NCBI GenBank assembly: GCA_002452155.1
Contig: DKEK01000002.1
Location: 1 to 62,354 of the forward strand
Length of the DNA: 62,354 nt
Direction: 5' to 3'
Source of the DNA: Candidatus Saccharibacteria bacterium UBA6824
Lineage (GTDB): Bacteria > Patescibacteriota > Saccharimonadia > Saccharimonadales > UBA10212
The notes below the pieces were generated by a model. The model was not told the origin of the DNA. It did no database searches and saw only the letters and a list, made by a program, of their open reading frames with translations. Shown here piece by piece: positions 16,558 to 27,600 of the stretch. The translations under genes and the position numbers were made by a program. Position 1 is the first letter of the stretch; each line of letters opens with the position of its first letter.

Positions 16558-16849
16558 GAATGAGCGCGCTGTGACCGATATACTCTGCTGCGCGTTTTAC
16601 TTCTTTTCTGACAGATCGCTCATAGGAACTTTGTAAACGAAAATATTCTCGATACGTAGTACTTCCTAGCATGGTATTGCCTGTTTCGGCGACTTTTATA
16701 TTAACTTGTGCGCCCAAGAGTTCGCCGGTGTCCGGTGCTGGAGTCCCATCAGCGTAGGGTCCAATAAAAATCTCTTCTACTTCACCATAAAATGGCAAAT
16801 CAGTAGCGAAGGCTTCTTCTCTCGTAGGAAGATTTATTTCTCTCTTCAT
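16544..16849 (-). CDS. Hypothetical protein, 101 aa
   Basis: Open frame only. Its 3' end overlaps the convergent methyltransferase gene by 14 nt. Confidence 0.4.
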   Translation of the reverse strand: MKREINLPTREEAFATDLPFYGEVEEIFIGPYADGTPAPDTGELLGAQVNIKVAETGNTMLGSTTYREYFRLQSSYERSVRKEVKRAAEYIGHSALILSAS

Positions 16850-16877
16850 ACCATAATATTATCTCATTTTAGTCTGA

Positions 16878-18935
16878 TTGCAATCTATACTAATTAAAGT
16901 GAAGTTAAGCGACCAGATCAATGAACTTAAGGGCGTCGGGGACGAGCTGGCCAAGAAGCTGGCGGTGCTTGGCGTTAAGACAATTGGCGACTTGATTGAA
17001 AATTACCCGCGTCGCTATGAAGATTATTCGAATGTCGTGCCGCTTGAGAAAATCCGACCGGGGGCTGTAAGTCTTGAAGCAAAAATTGGCCAGATCAAAG
17101 GCCGCTATGTGCGCCGCGGCATGCATATCACCGAAGCCATAGCCAGCGATGAAACCGGCAGCGTGCGCCTGGTTTGGTTCAACCAGCCGTACCGCGGCGG
17201 CGCCATTAAACCCGGGCAAAGCTACTACATTTCCGGCGAGTACGCCCTGCGGCGTGGCCGTTTTAGCATTACCAACCCATCAGTCGAACTGGTCAGTGAC
17301 TTTCCGGTCAATACGGCGCGCATTATCCCCATATACCGCGAAACCAAAGGCCTAAAATCCTTCCAAATTAGAAAACTGGTCCGCGAAGCGGCCGATATTG
17401 TTAAAGATATGCCCGAACATTTGCCGGGTTGGCTGCTTAAGGAACAAAACCTGCTGGATTATAAAACGGCGGCTCTGCGAATGCATTTTCCGTCATCGGC
17501 GGAAGAGTTAGCCAAGGCCCAAAAACGTCTCGGCTTCGAGGAAGTTTTTCAGTTGAGCCTAGCCGCACTGCTAAACAAACAAGAACTGACGCGCGAGAAA
17601 GGGCTGGCTATCCCCTTCAACCAAAAACTGGCTAAGGACTTTGTAGCTAAGCTGCCGTTTAAGCTGACAAATGCCCAGCGCAAAGCTACTTGGCGCATCT
17701 ATCAAGACCTGGAAAAAACCCAGCCAATGAACCGGCTACTTGAGGGCGACGTTGGCTCGGGCAAGACGGTGGTGGCCGCCATGGCGGCTATGATGGCCAT
17801 GGAGCAAGGCTTCCAGACCGCGATGATGTCACCGACCGAGATTTTGGCCCGCCAGCATGCTGACACGCTCTATAAATTACTGGATAGCGTTGGTTACGCG
17901 GACCAGGTAGGGCTGCTGATTGGGGGCTTAAAGCCGCCACAAAAGCAGCAGACGCAACGCCGGATAAAATCGGGTGACATAAAGCTAATAGTCGGTACCC
18001 ACGCCTTAATCGCCGAAAAGGTTGATATGCATAGGCTGGGGCTGATTATTATTGACGAACAACACCGCTTTGGCGTTGACCAGCGCAAGAAACTGCAAGC
18101 CAAGGCCGGACACATGCCCCACGTTCTGCACATGAGTGCGACGCCAATCCCAAGGAGTATCGCACTGACCCTATATGGTGAACTTGATATTTCGATTCTT
18201 GATGAGCTGCCGCCCGGACGCAAAGCAATCGCCACTAAAATCTGCTCGCCGAATTCGCGGGCCCAGCTGAATGCCCAAATTGACAAGCAACTGGCGGCCG
18301 GGCGGCAAATGTTTATTGTCTGTCCGCTTATTTTAGATACCGATTTGAGCCGCGGGCTGTCGGCCGAAGAAGTATATGAGCGGGTCGCTAATATAGACTT
18401 CAAAAACCGCCGAGTGGGCCTGCTGCACGGCAAAATGAAATCGGCCGACAAAGACAAGGTCATGCAGGCCTTTTTGAACCACGAATACGATATCTTGGTC
18501 AGCACGACGGTTATAGAAGTCGGTGTAGACATACCCAACGCTACGATAATGCTGGTCGAAGGTGCCGAACGATTTGGCCTGGCCCAAATTCACCAGCTGC
18601 GCGGTCGGGTCGGCCGGAGCGCCCACCAAAGTTATGCTTTCTTGATGATGAGTGACTCACGAAGCCCCAGCCAGCGCCTGCGGGCGCTGGAAAATACTAC
18701 CGACGGCTTCAAGCTGGCAGAGCTCGACCTGCAGCTGCGCGGCCCGGGGGCTATTTATGGCACCACGCAGCACGGTGCCTTGGACCTGAGAGTCGCTAAA
18801 CTGACAGATACCAAACTTATAGCTACGGCCCGCAACGCTGCGCGAGAGTTCATCGACAAAAAAGAGAGCTTGAAAAAATACCCGCACCTGGCCGAAAAAG
18901 TGGCATCTTTGCGCGCCATAACCAACCTGAACTAG
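16878..18935 (+). CDS. recG: ATP-dependent DNA helicase RecG
   Basis: Wedge domain plus SF2 helicase motifs (GDVGSGKT, DEQHRFG, QLRGRVGR). The start is uncertain: TTG at 16878 or the in-frame GTG at 16899. Confidence 0.92.
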   Translation: MQSILIKVKLSDQINELKGVGDELAKKLAVLGVKTIGDLIENYPRRYEDYSNVVPLEKIRPGAVSLEAKIGQIKGRYVRRGMHITEAIASDETGSVRLVWFNQPYRGGAIKPGQSYYISGEYALRRGRFSITNPSVELVSDFPVNTARIIPIYRETKGLKSFQIRKLVREAADIVKDMPEHLPGWLLKEQNLLDYKTAALRMHFPSSAEELAKAQKRLGFEEVFQLSLAALLNKQELTREKGLAIPFNQKLAKDFVAKLPFKLTNAQRKATWRIYQDLEKTQPMNRLLEGDVGSGKTVVAAMAAMMAMEQGFQTAMMSPTEILARQHADTLYKLLDSVGYADQVGLLIGGLKPPQKQQTQRRIKSGDIKLIVGTHALIAEKVDMHRLGLIIIDEQHRFGVDQRKKLQAKAGHMPHVLHMSATPIPRSIALTLYGELDISILDELPPGRKAIATKICSPNSRAQLNAQIDKQLAAGRQMFIVCPLILDTDLSRGLSAEEVYERVANIDFKNRRVGLLHGKMKSADKDKVMQAFLNHEYDILVSTTVIEVGVDIPNATIMLVEGAERFGLAQIHQLRGRVGRSAHQSYAFLMMSDSRSPSQRLRALENTTDGFKLAELDLQLRGPGAIYGTTQHGALDLRVAKLTDTKLIATARNAAREFIDKKESLKKYPHLAEKVASLRAITNLN

Positions 18936-18944
18936 AATAGTAGG

Positions 18945-19475
18945 ATGAGGATTATTGCCGGAGACCTAAAAGGTCGGGAATTTAAGTCGCCGCGAGGCCG
19001 CACGACCCGCCCAATGAGTGAAAAGACCCGCGGCGCACTGTTCAATACGCTAGGAGATATTGAAGGGCTGAGTGTGCTTGACGGCTTTGCCGGCAGCGGC
19101 GCGCTGGTCTTTGAAGCTATCAGCCGTGGTGCGGTGAGCGCACTGGCAATCGAGCAGGATAAAGCTGCCCATAAAGCTATCTCTGAGAGTATCAAACAGC
19201 TTGGTTTAAAGCGCCAGCTGAAGAATCTGCGCGCCAACGTCAGTGGCTGGAGTAACAATAATGCAAGCAAGCAGTTCGACCTTCTTCTACTGGACCCACC
19301 TTATAACAACCTGGACCGCCGGCTGCTGCAAAAACTAGCTAGGCACGCAAAACCTGGCGGCTTGGTTGTGCTTTCCTGGCCCGGCAAAGAACCGGCACCG
19401 CCCTTTGGAGGCTTAGAACTAGTCACCGGTAAAAAACACGGCGACATCCAACTTGTCTTCTACCGCAAAACCTAA
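18945..19475 (+). CDS. rsmD: 16S rRNA (guanine966-N2)-methyltransferase RsmD
   Basis: MRIIAGDLKGREFKSPRGRTTRP, GSGALVFEAISRGA and the LLLDPPY motif. Confidence 0.88.
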   Translation: MRIIAGDLKGREFKSPRGRTTRPMSEKTRGALFNTLGDIEGLSVLDGFAGSGALVFEAISRGAVSALAIEQDKAAHKAISESIKQLGLKRQLKNLRANVSGWSNNNASKQFDLLLLDPPYNNLDRRLLQKLARHAKPGGLVVLSWPGKEPAPPFGGLELVTGKKHGDIQLVFYRKT

Positions 19476-19496
19476 AACGTAGTATTATCTATTGAA

Positions 19497-19970
19497 ATGA
19501 CGCAAAGATCTGCCGAGGAGTTGGCGCAGTTAGCCTCGTTGAGCGAATTAGTTCCAGGCCTAGGCTTTGAGTACAAGGTCCGGGCCGAAAAAGGCGGCTT
19601 TGGCGACTTTCCGGGGAGATTCCCCTTTGCCGTGCACGATGAGTGGCTAGTAGAGGCAAAGATAATAGGGGAAGTCGGCCTTGGCCACGAAGCGGCCTTT
19701 GATGTTTTTGCCGATGGAAGTAAAACCGAACTGTTAATGAACGGGGTTGGTGTAATACAGCCGCGGCCGAGCCGGGAGCATCCCGCTGTTCAGTCCTATG
19801 CGGCAGGGGTGGTGCATGAAGACCTAGCGACCATTATCGACCCGTTTACAATTAACTTTACGGCTAGAGACCAACAAGGCCCCGAAAAAGCTAGTAAATG
19901 CTTCCTTATACCTGGCCGGAACATACAACCGGGAACTCTTCGGATAATCGGAGTTACAGCTCGAGGATAG
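19497..19970 (+). CDS. Hypothetical protein, 157 aa
   Basis: Open frame only. It ends 5 nt from the 3' end of tRNA-Leu. Confidence 0.45.
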   Translation: MTQRSAEELAQLASLSELVPGLGFEYKVRAEKGGFGDFPGRFPFAVHDEWLVEAKIIGEVGLGHEAAFDVFADGSKTELLMNGVGVIQPRPSREHPAVQSYAAGVVHEDLATIIDPFTINFTARDQQGPEKASKCFLIPGRNIQPGTLRIIGVTARG

Positions 19971-19975
19971 CTACT

Positions 19976-20060
19976 TGGTGGGGATGAAAGGACTCGAACC
20001 TTCACGCCTTTCGGCACTAGTTCCTAAAACTAGCGTGTATACCAATTTCACCACATCCCC
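19976..20060 (-). tRNA. tRNA-Leu (anticodon UAG), class II with a long variable arm, CCA encoded
   Basis: The reverse complement folds by hand. Acceptor GGGGATG/CATCCCC, anticodon stem CTAGT/ACTAG, loop TTTAGGA, 13 nt variable arm, T-loop TTCGAGT, 3' ACCA. Confidence 0.9.
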
Positions 20061-20080
20061 GGCGAATCTATTGTAGCAAC

Positions 20081-20800
20081 CTAGGAAGATTCTTTGAGCT
20101 CTTGGTAGCGTAGGGCTGGCGCGGCGGCGTAGGCGACGGCCAGGGCGAATGAGATTATGCCGCCGACAATTGGGATGATGCCCGGCAGGGCCAACAGAAA
20201 GCTGAATAGCAGAATGCTATAAATTGGCCACGCATAACCCTTGGTCATATTCCAGCTTTGGCTAAGCGCGTCCATAATAGAGGTTTTGCGATCAACTAAA
20301 ATATACGGCGCTAAAAATAGCCGCCAGAGGAAAATCACACCCGGGATTATAAGTAGGACGAAACCGACTAGAAGTATTAGTACAGTTAACGCACCTAGGC
20401 CGAGCAGCTTGGCCCACAGCCAGTCCTGGGTTATTTCTCTCCAGATGGATCTAAAAGCCGGCCGTTCGCCCTGGGCGACCCTTAGGTTAAGCACGACCGC
20501 CAAAAGGTAGCTGAGGATGGCACCGAAGAACAGGATTACGGATAAAATTGCACTGGCGGTATGCACCGAAGAGTCGGAGCCAATATTTGGGCCGAGGAAA
20601 GATGAGCTAAAGGCGTGGCCCCAGTTCCAGCCGTGTTGCTGATTGTCGTCAATTAGCTGGATTACGCTGGCAATTACCAAAGCCGCCGGCAGGCCGTAAA
20701 CAAGCGCGTACACATTAAGATTTTTGCGCACCAGAGCGTAACTCTTACCAAATAAGTCTACGGCGCTGGTGAGACTTCTGGGCCTTTTTTCTTCAGCCAT
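20081..20800 (-). CDS. Multi-pass integral membrane protein, function unknown
   Basis: 239 aa with at least 5 long hydrophobic segments (for example ALVYGLPAALVIASVIQLI and LGALTVLILLVGFVLLIIPGVIFLW). Confidence 0.6.
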   Translation of the reverse strand: MAEEKRPRSLTSAVDLFGKSYALVRKNLNVYALVYGLPAALVIASVIQLIDDNQQHGWNWGHAFSSSFLGPNIGSDSSVHTASAILSVILFFGAILSYLLAVVLNLRVAQGERPAFRSIWREITQDWLWAKLLGLGALTVLILLVGFVLLIIPGVIFLWRLFLAPYILVDRKTSIMDALSQSWNMTKGYAWPIYSILLFSFLLALPGIIPIVGGIISFALAVAYAAAPALRYQELKESS

Positions 20801-20875
20801 TATTTTAAGACTCCATTACTACTGATGTAAATATCTCACGGTTACGCCCGCCTATCAAGTATAATAAACGGAGTT

Positions 20876-22159
20876 ATGGCACTGTCTACCCAACCATATA
20901 AAGGCGCGCGCGATTTTTATCCCGAAGATAAGCGCCTCCAAAAACACATATTTGACCAGATGCGCGAGGTCGTAGAGAGTTTTGGCTACCAGGAGTACGA
21001 CGCGCCGCTAATTGAGCCAGTCGATATATATTTGGCTAAAAGCGGCGAAGAAATCGTTAATGACCAGCTTTACAGCTTCGAGGATAAAGGCGGCCGCAAG
21101 GTCGCTATCCGGCCAGAAATGACACCCAGTGTCAGCCGTATGGTGGCCGCCCGCCGCCAAGAACTTGCCTATCCGCTGCGCTGGTACTCCATCCCAAATT
21201 TGTGGCGCTACGAGCGGCCACAGCGCGGTCGCTTGCGCGAACACTACCAGCTAAACGTTGACATTTTTGGCGTCAACGATATCAGCGCCGACCACGAAAT
21301 TATTTTGATCGCCGATTCCATCATGCGGGTATTTAAGGCGCCCACCGGCAGTTATACGATACGAATTAACAGCCGCAAGCTGGTGGACTTTTTCTTCCAA
21401 GACCAGTTAAAGCTTAGCGACGAGCAGTTTCATGAAGCTACCAAATTAATAGATCGCTGGCACAAGATAGATAAGGCCGATTTTGAGGCCCAAGCCAAAG
21501 AAGTTTTAAGTAGCGACAGCCACTACCAAAAGCTGCTGGAGCTGCTAGATTCAAAGGGACTCGATGAGCTGCCAACTGGATTAAAAAGCCACGCTTCGGT
21601 GGAAGAGCTGCGCAAGTTAATGAGCTTACTCAAAGAATCGGGAGTCGATAGTGCCGGCTTTGATTTTTCAGTCATCCGCGGCATGGACTATTACGACGAC
21701 ATTATTTTTGAAGTCTTTGATACCAGCCCCGAAAACAACCGATCGATGTTCGGCGGCGGCCGCTACGGGGGCTTGGTCGGTGACTTTGGCGTCGAACCAG
21801 TGCCGACAGTCGGTTTTGGCATGGGCGATGTTACACTGCAGATTTTTTTGGAACTACACAAACTTTTACCCGCGCTTGAGTCTGAGGTTGACGCGACTGT
21901 AATTTTGGTAGGCGATGTTTATGAGGCGGCCCAAAAGGTGCTCACGGAACTTCGCCAAAAAGGCTTAAATATATCTGTTGACGGCACCGACCGCAAGCTT
22001 GATGCCAAGATAAAAAACGCCGCTAAGGCCGGTGTTAAGTATGCTATCTTTGTCGGCGAGCAGGAGTTAAAGACCGGTAAGTTCAAGCTCAAAAACCTGC
22101 AATCCGGCGACGAAAGAGAGCTTCCGAGCAACGATTTAGTTACAGAAATTGGCCGGTAG
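20876..22159 (+). CDS. hisS: Histidine--tRNA ligase
   Basis: Class II motifs (KGARDFYPED, RPEMTPSVSRMV, RYERPQRGRLREHYQ, GGGRYGGLV) and a C-terminal anticodon-binding domain. Confidence 0.93.
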   Translation: MALSTQPYKGARDFYPEDKRLQKHIFDQMREVVESFGYQEYDAPLIEPVDIYLAKSGEEIVNDQLYSFEDKGGRKVAIRPEMTPSVSRMVAARRQELAYPLRWYSIPNLWRYERPQRGRLREHYQLNVDIFGVNDISADHEIILIADSIMRVFKAPTGSYTIRINSRKLVDFFFQDQLKLSDEQFHEATKLIDRWHKIDKADFEAQAKEVLSSDSHYQKLLELLDSKGLDELPTGLKSHASVEELRKLMSLLKESGVDSAGFDFSVIRGMDYYDDIIFEVFDTSPENNRSMFGGGRYGGLVGDFGVEPVPTVGFGMGDVTLQIFLELHKLLPALESEVDATVILVGDVYEAAQKVLTELRQKGLNISVDGTDRKLDAKIKNAAKAGVKYAIFVGEQELKTGKFKLKNLQSGDERELPSNDLVTEIGR

Positions 22160-22177
22160 CAATTATAATCTGGTGTC

Positions 22178-23458
22178 ATGCAGATAAGCCGAACTGATAA
22201 ATCGCCCTCGGAGGTAAGTCTTTTGATCCGGGCGGATGCCGCCGATCTGACGCCTATCAAAAACCACACTTTGGGCTATTTTGCTTCAAAAGTTAAGGTT
22301 CCGGGCTTTCGGGAGGGCACCGCGCCGGCGGCGTTAGTCGAAAAACACGTTGACCAGCGGGCCCTCGCTGACGAGTTTATCGAGCACGCACTTAACCGGC
22401 TTTATACTCAGGCTGTCGACCAGCAAAAACTACGTCCGGCCGGCAAGCCGGAAGTCACGATTAAGAAATTCGTACCCTTTACGGACCTGGAATTCGAAGT
22501 CGAGCTTCAGATAATCGGTCCTATCAAATTAGCCGACTATAAAAAGATAAAACTGGCCAGAAAATCCGCCGATGTCACGGTTGCCGAAGTCAATAGCGTC
22601 ATCAAATCCTTGCAACAACGGCTGGCAAGGCGCAAGCCGGTCGACCGCCCGGCTAAGGCCGGCGACGAACTGCTGATCGATTTTGATGGCAAAGATAAAG
22701 CCGGCAAGCCAGCCGCCGGCGCGGAGGGGAAGGATTATCCAATACTTCTGGGCAACAGCACGTTCATACCCGGCTTCGAAGATAATTTAATCGCCTCCAA
22801 GGCCGGAGACGAGAAGCAGTTTACGGTTAAATTTCCTAATGATTATGGCGTCCCCGATTTGCGTGGACAGCCGGTAACTTTCAAAGTCCAGATCACGAAG
22901 GTCAATGAGGTTATAGAGCCCAAAATCGATGACGCTTTCGCGGCTAAAGCCGGGCCGGTTAAAACTGTGGCCGAGCTCAAGGCCGATATCAAAAAACAGC
23001 TGAAAGCCGAAAAACAGAATTCGGCCGATCGGCAATATGAAAATGAACTAGTCAAAAAAATTGTTGATAAATCTGGCGTCGAAGTCCCGCCGGGGCTGGT
23101 TGACGAGCAAATTATGCAGGCCGAAGAAAATGAGAAGCGGGATCTGGTAACCCGCGGCCAAAGCTGGCAAGAGCACCTGAAAGCAGAATCTATTACCGAG
23201 CAGCAGCACCGGGAGCGCCAGCGGCCGGATACGGAGTTCCGGGTCAAGGCCAGCCTGATTTTGAGCGAGATAGCCGAGCGCGAAGACATTACAATTACAC
23301 CGGAAGAACTGGAAATAAGAATTCAAATCTTGAAGGGCCAGTACCAGGACCCGCAGATGCAGGCCGAACTGGATAAACCGGAAAACCAGCGCGGCATTGC
23401 CGCCCAGCTAATGACCGAAAAAACAGTCGCTAAACTGGTAGAATATGCTGGGAGTTAG
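22178..23458 (+). CDS. tig: Trigger factor
   Basis: N-terminal ribosome-binding GFREGTAP (GFRxGxxP) signature, a central FKBP-like region and a C-terminal helical domain. Lies upstream of clpP, as in many bacteria. Confidence 0.9.
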   Translation: MQISRTDKSPSEVSLLIRADAADLTPIKNHTLGYFASKVKVPGFREGTAPAALVEKHVDQRALADEFIEHALNRLYTQAVDQQKLRPAGKPEVTIKKFVPFTDLEFEVELQIIGPIKLADYKKIKLARKSADVTVAEVNSVIKSLQQRLARRKPVDRPAKAGDELLIDFDGKDKAGKPAAGAEGKDYPILLGNSTFIPGFEDNLIASKAGDEKQFTVKFPNDYGVPDLRGQPVTFKVQITKVNEVIEPKIDDAFAAKAGPVKTVAELKADIKKQLKAEKQNSADRQYENELVKKIVDKSGVEVPPGLVDEQIMQAEENEKRDLVTRGQSWQEHLKAESITEQQHRERQRPDTEFRVKASLILSEIAEREDITITPEELEIRIQILKGQYQDPQMQAELDKPENQRGIAAQLMTEKTVAKLVEYAGS

Positions 23459-23460
23459 AA

Positions 23461-23805
23461 ATGATACCCAAAGAAACAATGATTAGCGATCTTTCGGCTC
23501 GAGTACGTGTTGAACCGGATGAAGATTATTTTTTTGAAGCTGATTTTATCGGCACATTTCAGGAGGGCGATGGAGCCTGGTTTGTTGGAATTAAAAGAGC
23601 GCTCGCGCAGCGGGTTGAAGCTGGAGACGCTTCAGCGCTAGATGAGTGCTACCAGCTGGTGGCAACTGAGGGCGGGGTGAGAATCTACGATGTAGAAGCT
23701 GACGAACTATGGTTGGTGGGGCAAGGAACAAAGCGCATTAGTAGCCGCCGGCTCTACGAAAAGCCAACGGCAGAAGCAGCTGCCGCAGTTGGCACTCTGC
23801 CTTGA
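23461..23805 (+). CDS. Hypothetical protein, 114 aa, inserted between tig and clpP
   Basis: Open frame starting 2 nt after the tig stop. No recognised motif. Its last codons overlap the clpP operator/promoter. Confidence 0.45.
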   Translation: MIPKETMISDLSARVRVEPDEDYFFEADFIGTFQEGDGAWFVGIKRALAQRVEAGDASALDECYQLVATEGGVRIYDVEADELWLVGQGTKRISSRRLYEKPTAEAAAAVGTLP

Positions 23806-23831
23806 CGAGTGCCAATTTGGTGCGATATAAT
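23789..23831 (+). promoter_or_regulatory. CIRCE-like palindrome TTGGCACTC-N9-GAGTGCCAA overlapping the clpP promoter (TTGACG-N18-TATAAT)
   Basis: Perfect 9 bp arms at 23789-23797 and 23807-23815. TTGACG at 23802-23807 spans the spacer and the right arm. TATAAT at 23826-23831 lies only 8 nt before the clpP ATG. Confidence 0.6.
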
Positions 23832-23839
23832 TTAGGCAC

Positions 23840-24439
23840 ATGAGTAAACCCAGTTCTTCTATTTTGATACCAACGGTCATCGAGCAAGAGGGGCGTTTTG
23901 AGCGGGCCTACGATATTTATAGCCGCCTGCTGCGCGACCGGATTATATTTTTAGGCGACAGTGTCGACCAGCATACGGCTAATTTGATCGTTGCCCAGAT
24001 GTTATTTTTAGAAAACCAAGATCAAAACAAGGATATTGTCTTCTATATAAATAGTCCCGGCGGCAGTGTTTATGACGCCTTTGCCGTCTATGACACCATG
24101 CAGTACGTGAAGTGCGACATCCAAACAGTGGGCGTGGGTGTCCAGGCCAGCGCGGCCGCCTTTTTACTGAGTTCCGGGGCCAAAGGCAAGCGGATGCTGC
24201 TGCCCCACGCTACGGTTATGATCCACCAGCCGTCGGCCGGCACCAAAGGCAGAGTTAGCGATATGGAGATTGACCTGCGCGAGGGGCTGCGTATGAAGAG
24301 GCTGCTAAACGAGATTATGGCCAAAAATGCCGGCCAATCTGTCAAAAAAATTGAGGCCGACATGGAGCGCGACCTGTGGATGAGCGCCGACGAAGCCAAA
24401 AAATACGGTCTGGTCGATAAAGTCATAAACCGCCGCTAG
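23840..24439 (+). CDS. clpP: ATP-dependent Clp protease proteolytic subunit
   Basis: [25 protein letters not shown], the catalytic Ser context (QASAAAFLL region), IHQP and the catalytic Asp context. Confidence 0.95.
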   Translation: MSKPSSSILIPTVIEQEGRFERAYDIYSRLLRDRIIFLGDSVDQHTANLIVAQMLFLENQDQNKDIVFYINSPGGSVYDAFAVYDTMQYVKCDIQTVGVGVQASAAAFLLSSGAKGKRMLLPHATVMIHQPSAGTKGRVSDMEIDLREGLRMKRLLNEIMAKNAGQSVKKIEADMERDLWMSADEAKKYGLVDKVINRR

Positions 24440-24457
24440 AATATTGCCCAAAAAGGC

Positions 24458-24486
24458 TTGATTTGGAGTCAAAAGTTCTGTATTAT
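24458..24486 (+). promoter_or_regulatory. rpoB promoter TTGATT-N17-TATTAT
   Basis: TTGATT at 24458-24463 and TATTAT at 24481-24486, leaving a leader of about 110 nt before the TTG start of rpoB. Confidence 0.5.
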
Positions 24487-24602
24487 GGTATCTAAGAAGT
24501 AGTGTACTTTGGCGTTGCTGTGTATTTATTACGATATTTGACGCCTGACGTAGTGGGCTTCGCACGCGGCAAACAATAAGAATTAGGTAGGGAGCATAGC
24601 TT

Positions 24603-27600
24603 TTGACGGCCAAAAAAGCAGCAGGTGTTCTATCTGGACGCCAGTACTTTACACAACTCGATGACATTTTAAGCCCGCCAAACCTGGTGGACCATCAAAA
24701 CTCTTCGTTTGAATGGTTTGTTAAGGAGGGTCTGGGCGAATTGCTTGAGGAAGTTAGTCCGATTGAGGATTACACCGGTACCAAGCTGTCTTTGCGTTTC
24801 AAAAAATACCATTTTGAACCGCCCAAGATGGCCGAAGCGCAGGCCCGGGAGAACAATGTCAGCTTTGAGGCGCCACTTAAGGCCGTCATCGAACTGACCA
24901 ACAAAATCACGGGGGAAGTAAAGGAACAAGAAATTTATCTTGGCGATTACCCATGGATGACGTCCAGGGGTACTTTTGTAATTAACGGCGCCGAGCGGGT
25001 GGTGGTCAGCCAGTTGATTCGCTCTAGCGGAGTATTTTTCACTGCCGAGCCGCACAGCGGCCGCAACTTGTATGGTGCCAAAGTTATTCCGGTCCGCGGG
25101 GCTTGGCTGGAATTTGAAACAGCCGCCGCCGGCGTACTCTACGTCAAAATCGACCGCAAACGTAAAATCCCGGTCACCACTTTGCTTCGGGCGCTGGGCC
25201 TCAGCCAGGAACAGATTAAGGATGCTTTCAAACACGTCGACCAGGGTGAGACGAATTACATTGACAATACCTTAGAGAAAGACCCAGCCAAAGGTACAAG
25301 CGAGGCTTTAATTGAAGTTTACCGCCGTTTACGCCCAGGAGATCTGGCGACGGTTGATAACGCCCGTTCCCTGATTGAAAATATGCTTTATAACTTCAAG
25401 CGCTTTGATTTTGGCAAAGTTGGCCGCTACAAGATTAACAAGCGCCTGGACCTAAAGGCGCCTAATGACAATAAAAACCGGGTGATGCGGATCGAGGACT
25501 TAACGGCCATTATCAGCGAAATCATCCGGCTAAATAACACCCAGGATCCGGCTGACGAGATTGACTCGCTGGCCAACCGCCGAGTCAAATTGGTCGGCGA
25601 GCTGGTCCAGCGCCAATTCCGGATCGGATTGCTGCGCATGGAAAGAAACGCCAAGGACCGCATGAGTATGTCCGAAATCGAGACGGTTACACCGGCCCAA
25701 CTGATAAATGCCCGTCCGGTGGTAGCGGCCGTACGCGAATTCTTTGCCAGCTCTCAGCTGTCACAGTTCATGGACCAAATTAACCCGTTATCCGAACTGG
25801 CCCACAAGCGACGCCTCAGCTCCATGGGCCCCGGAGGCTTATCGCGCGAACGGGCCGGTTTTGAAGTCCGCGATGCCCATGCCACCCACTACGGCCGTAT
25901 CTGCCCAGTAGAAACACCTGAAGGCGCCAACATCGGCCTAGTGCTTAACCTGGCCAGCTACGCCCGGATTAATGAGTACGGTTTTATTGAAACTCCCTAC
26001 CGCAAAGTCATTAACGCTGTCACGCCCAAAGAAGCGCCCGGTCACATTGCCGCCGTCAACCTGGAGGACGACAAGGGGAAAGTTATTGTTAAAGCCCGGG
26101 CTGTCATTACACCCGCAGCTGCTAAGCGCCTGGCGGCCGTCAAAAGCCGCGCCACTTGGCCGGTTAAGGCTAAAGTTACCAACCAAATCGTTTATCTAGA
26201 CGCTGCCGAGGAGGAAAATGCCGTTATCGCCGGCGCCGGCGTGCCCTTTGACAGCAATGGCTATTTTATAGAAAACCGTATTAGCGTTCGTAACCGCCTG
26301 GAGCCGGGTGAAGTTGATGCCGGTGAAGTTACGCACATGGACTCCAGCCGCAGCCAATCAATTGGTTCTAGCGCCGGTCTAATCCCATTTGTTGAGAAAA
26401 ACTATGTGCTGCGGTCTTTAATGGGCTCTAACCAGCAACGCCAAGCCGTGCCACTGATTAAACCGGAAAGTCCGATTGTCGGCACCGGCATGGAATCGAT
26501 CGTGGCCGCCAACACCGGCCAATTGACCAACGCTGAGGCTGATGGCCAAGTTCTCAAAGCTACCGCCGATGAAGTCGTCGTTAAATACAAGACCGGCAAA
26601 AAAGTTACATATAATCCGGTGCATTTTATGCGCAGCAACGAAGGCAGTTCAATCAACCAGGTGGTGGTAGTTAACAGCGGTGATCGTGTCAAAACCGGCC
26701 AACCCTTAATCGAGGGCATGAGCATCGCCGACGGCGAACTGGCGCTGGGCAAGGACCTGCTAGTGGCATTTATGCCCTGGGCGGGCTACAACTTTGAGGA
26801 CGCTATCATAATCTCGCGGGCACTGGTTGAAGACGATACTTTAACCTCTATTCATATTGTGGACTACATGACCGAAGTCCGGGAGACCAAGCTAGGCCCG
26901 GAAATTGTGACCGGCGACATTCCCAACGTTTCCGAGGAGTCGCTGCGTCACCTAGACGAAGACGGCATTGTGCGGATTGGCGCCGAAGTCCATCCGGGCG
27001 ATATTTTAGTCGGCAAAATCACGCCCAAGGGCGAGCAAGAGCTATCTAGTGAAGAGCGTCTGCTGCGGGCCATCTTTGGTGAAAAGGCCAAAGAAGTCCG
27101 TGATACGTCGCAGCGTATGAGCACCGGCCGGCACGGCAAAGTGGTGGGCGTTAAGATATTTTCCCGGGCTTCCGGCCACGAACTCAAAGCCGGCGTGATT
27201 ATGCAGATCCAAGTCTTTGTGGCCCAAATACGCAAAATTAGCGTCGGCGACAAACTGGGCGGCCGCCATGGCAACAAGGGGGTTATTGCCCGTATTTTGC
27301 CGGTCGAAGATATGCCGTTTAACGAAGACGGCACGCCAATTGATATTGTGCTGAACCCGCTGGGCGTGCCCAGCCGAATGAACATCGGCCAGCTGTTTGA
27401 AACCCACCTTGGTATGGCGGCCCGCTCCCTGGGTATTAAAGTCGCCAGCCCAGCCTTCAACGGCGTACCGATTAGTAAAATCCAGGAGTTGCTCAAACAA
27501 AGCGGTCTGGCGGCCGACGGTAAGCAGCAGCTATATGACGGCCGCAGCGGCGAAGCCTTTTCCGAGAGAACGACTGTCGGCAGCATGTACATCATTAAGC

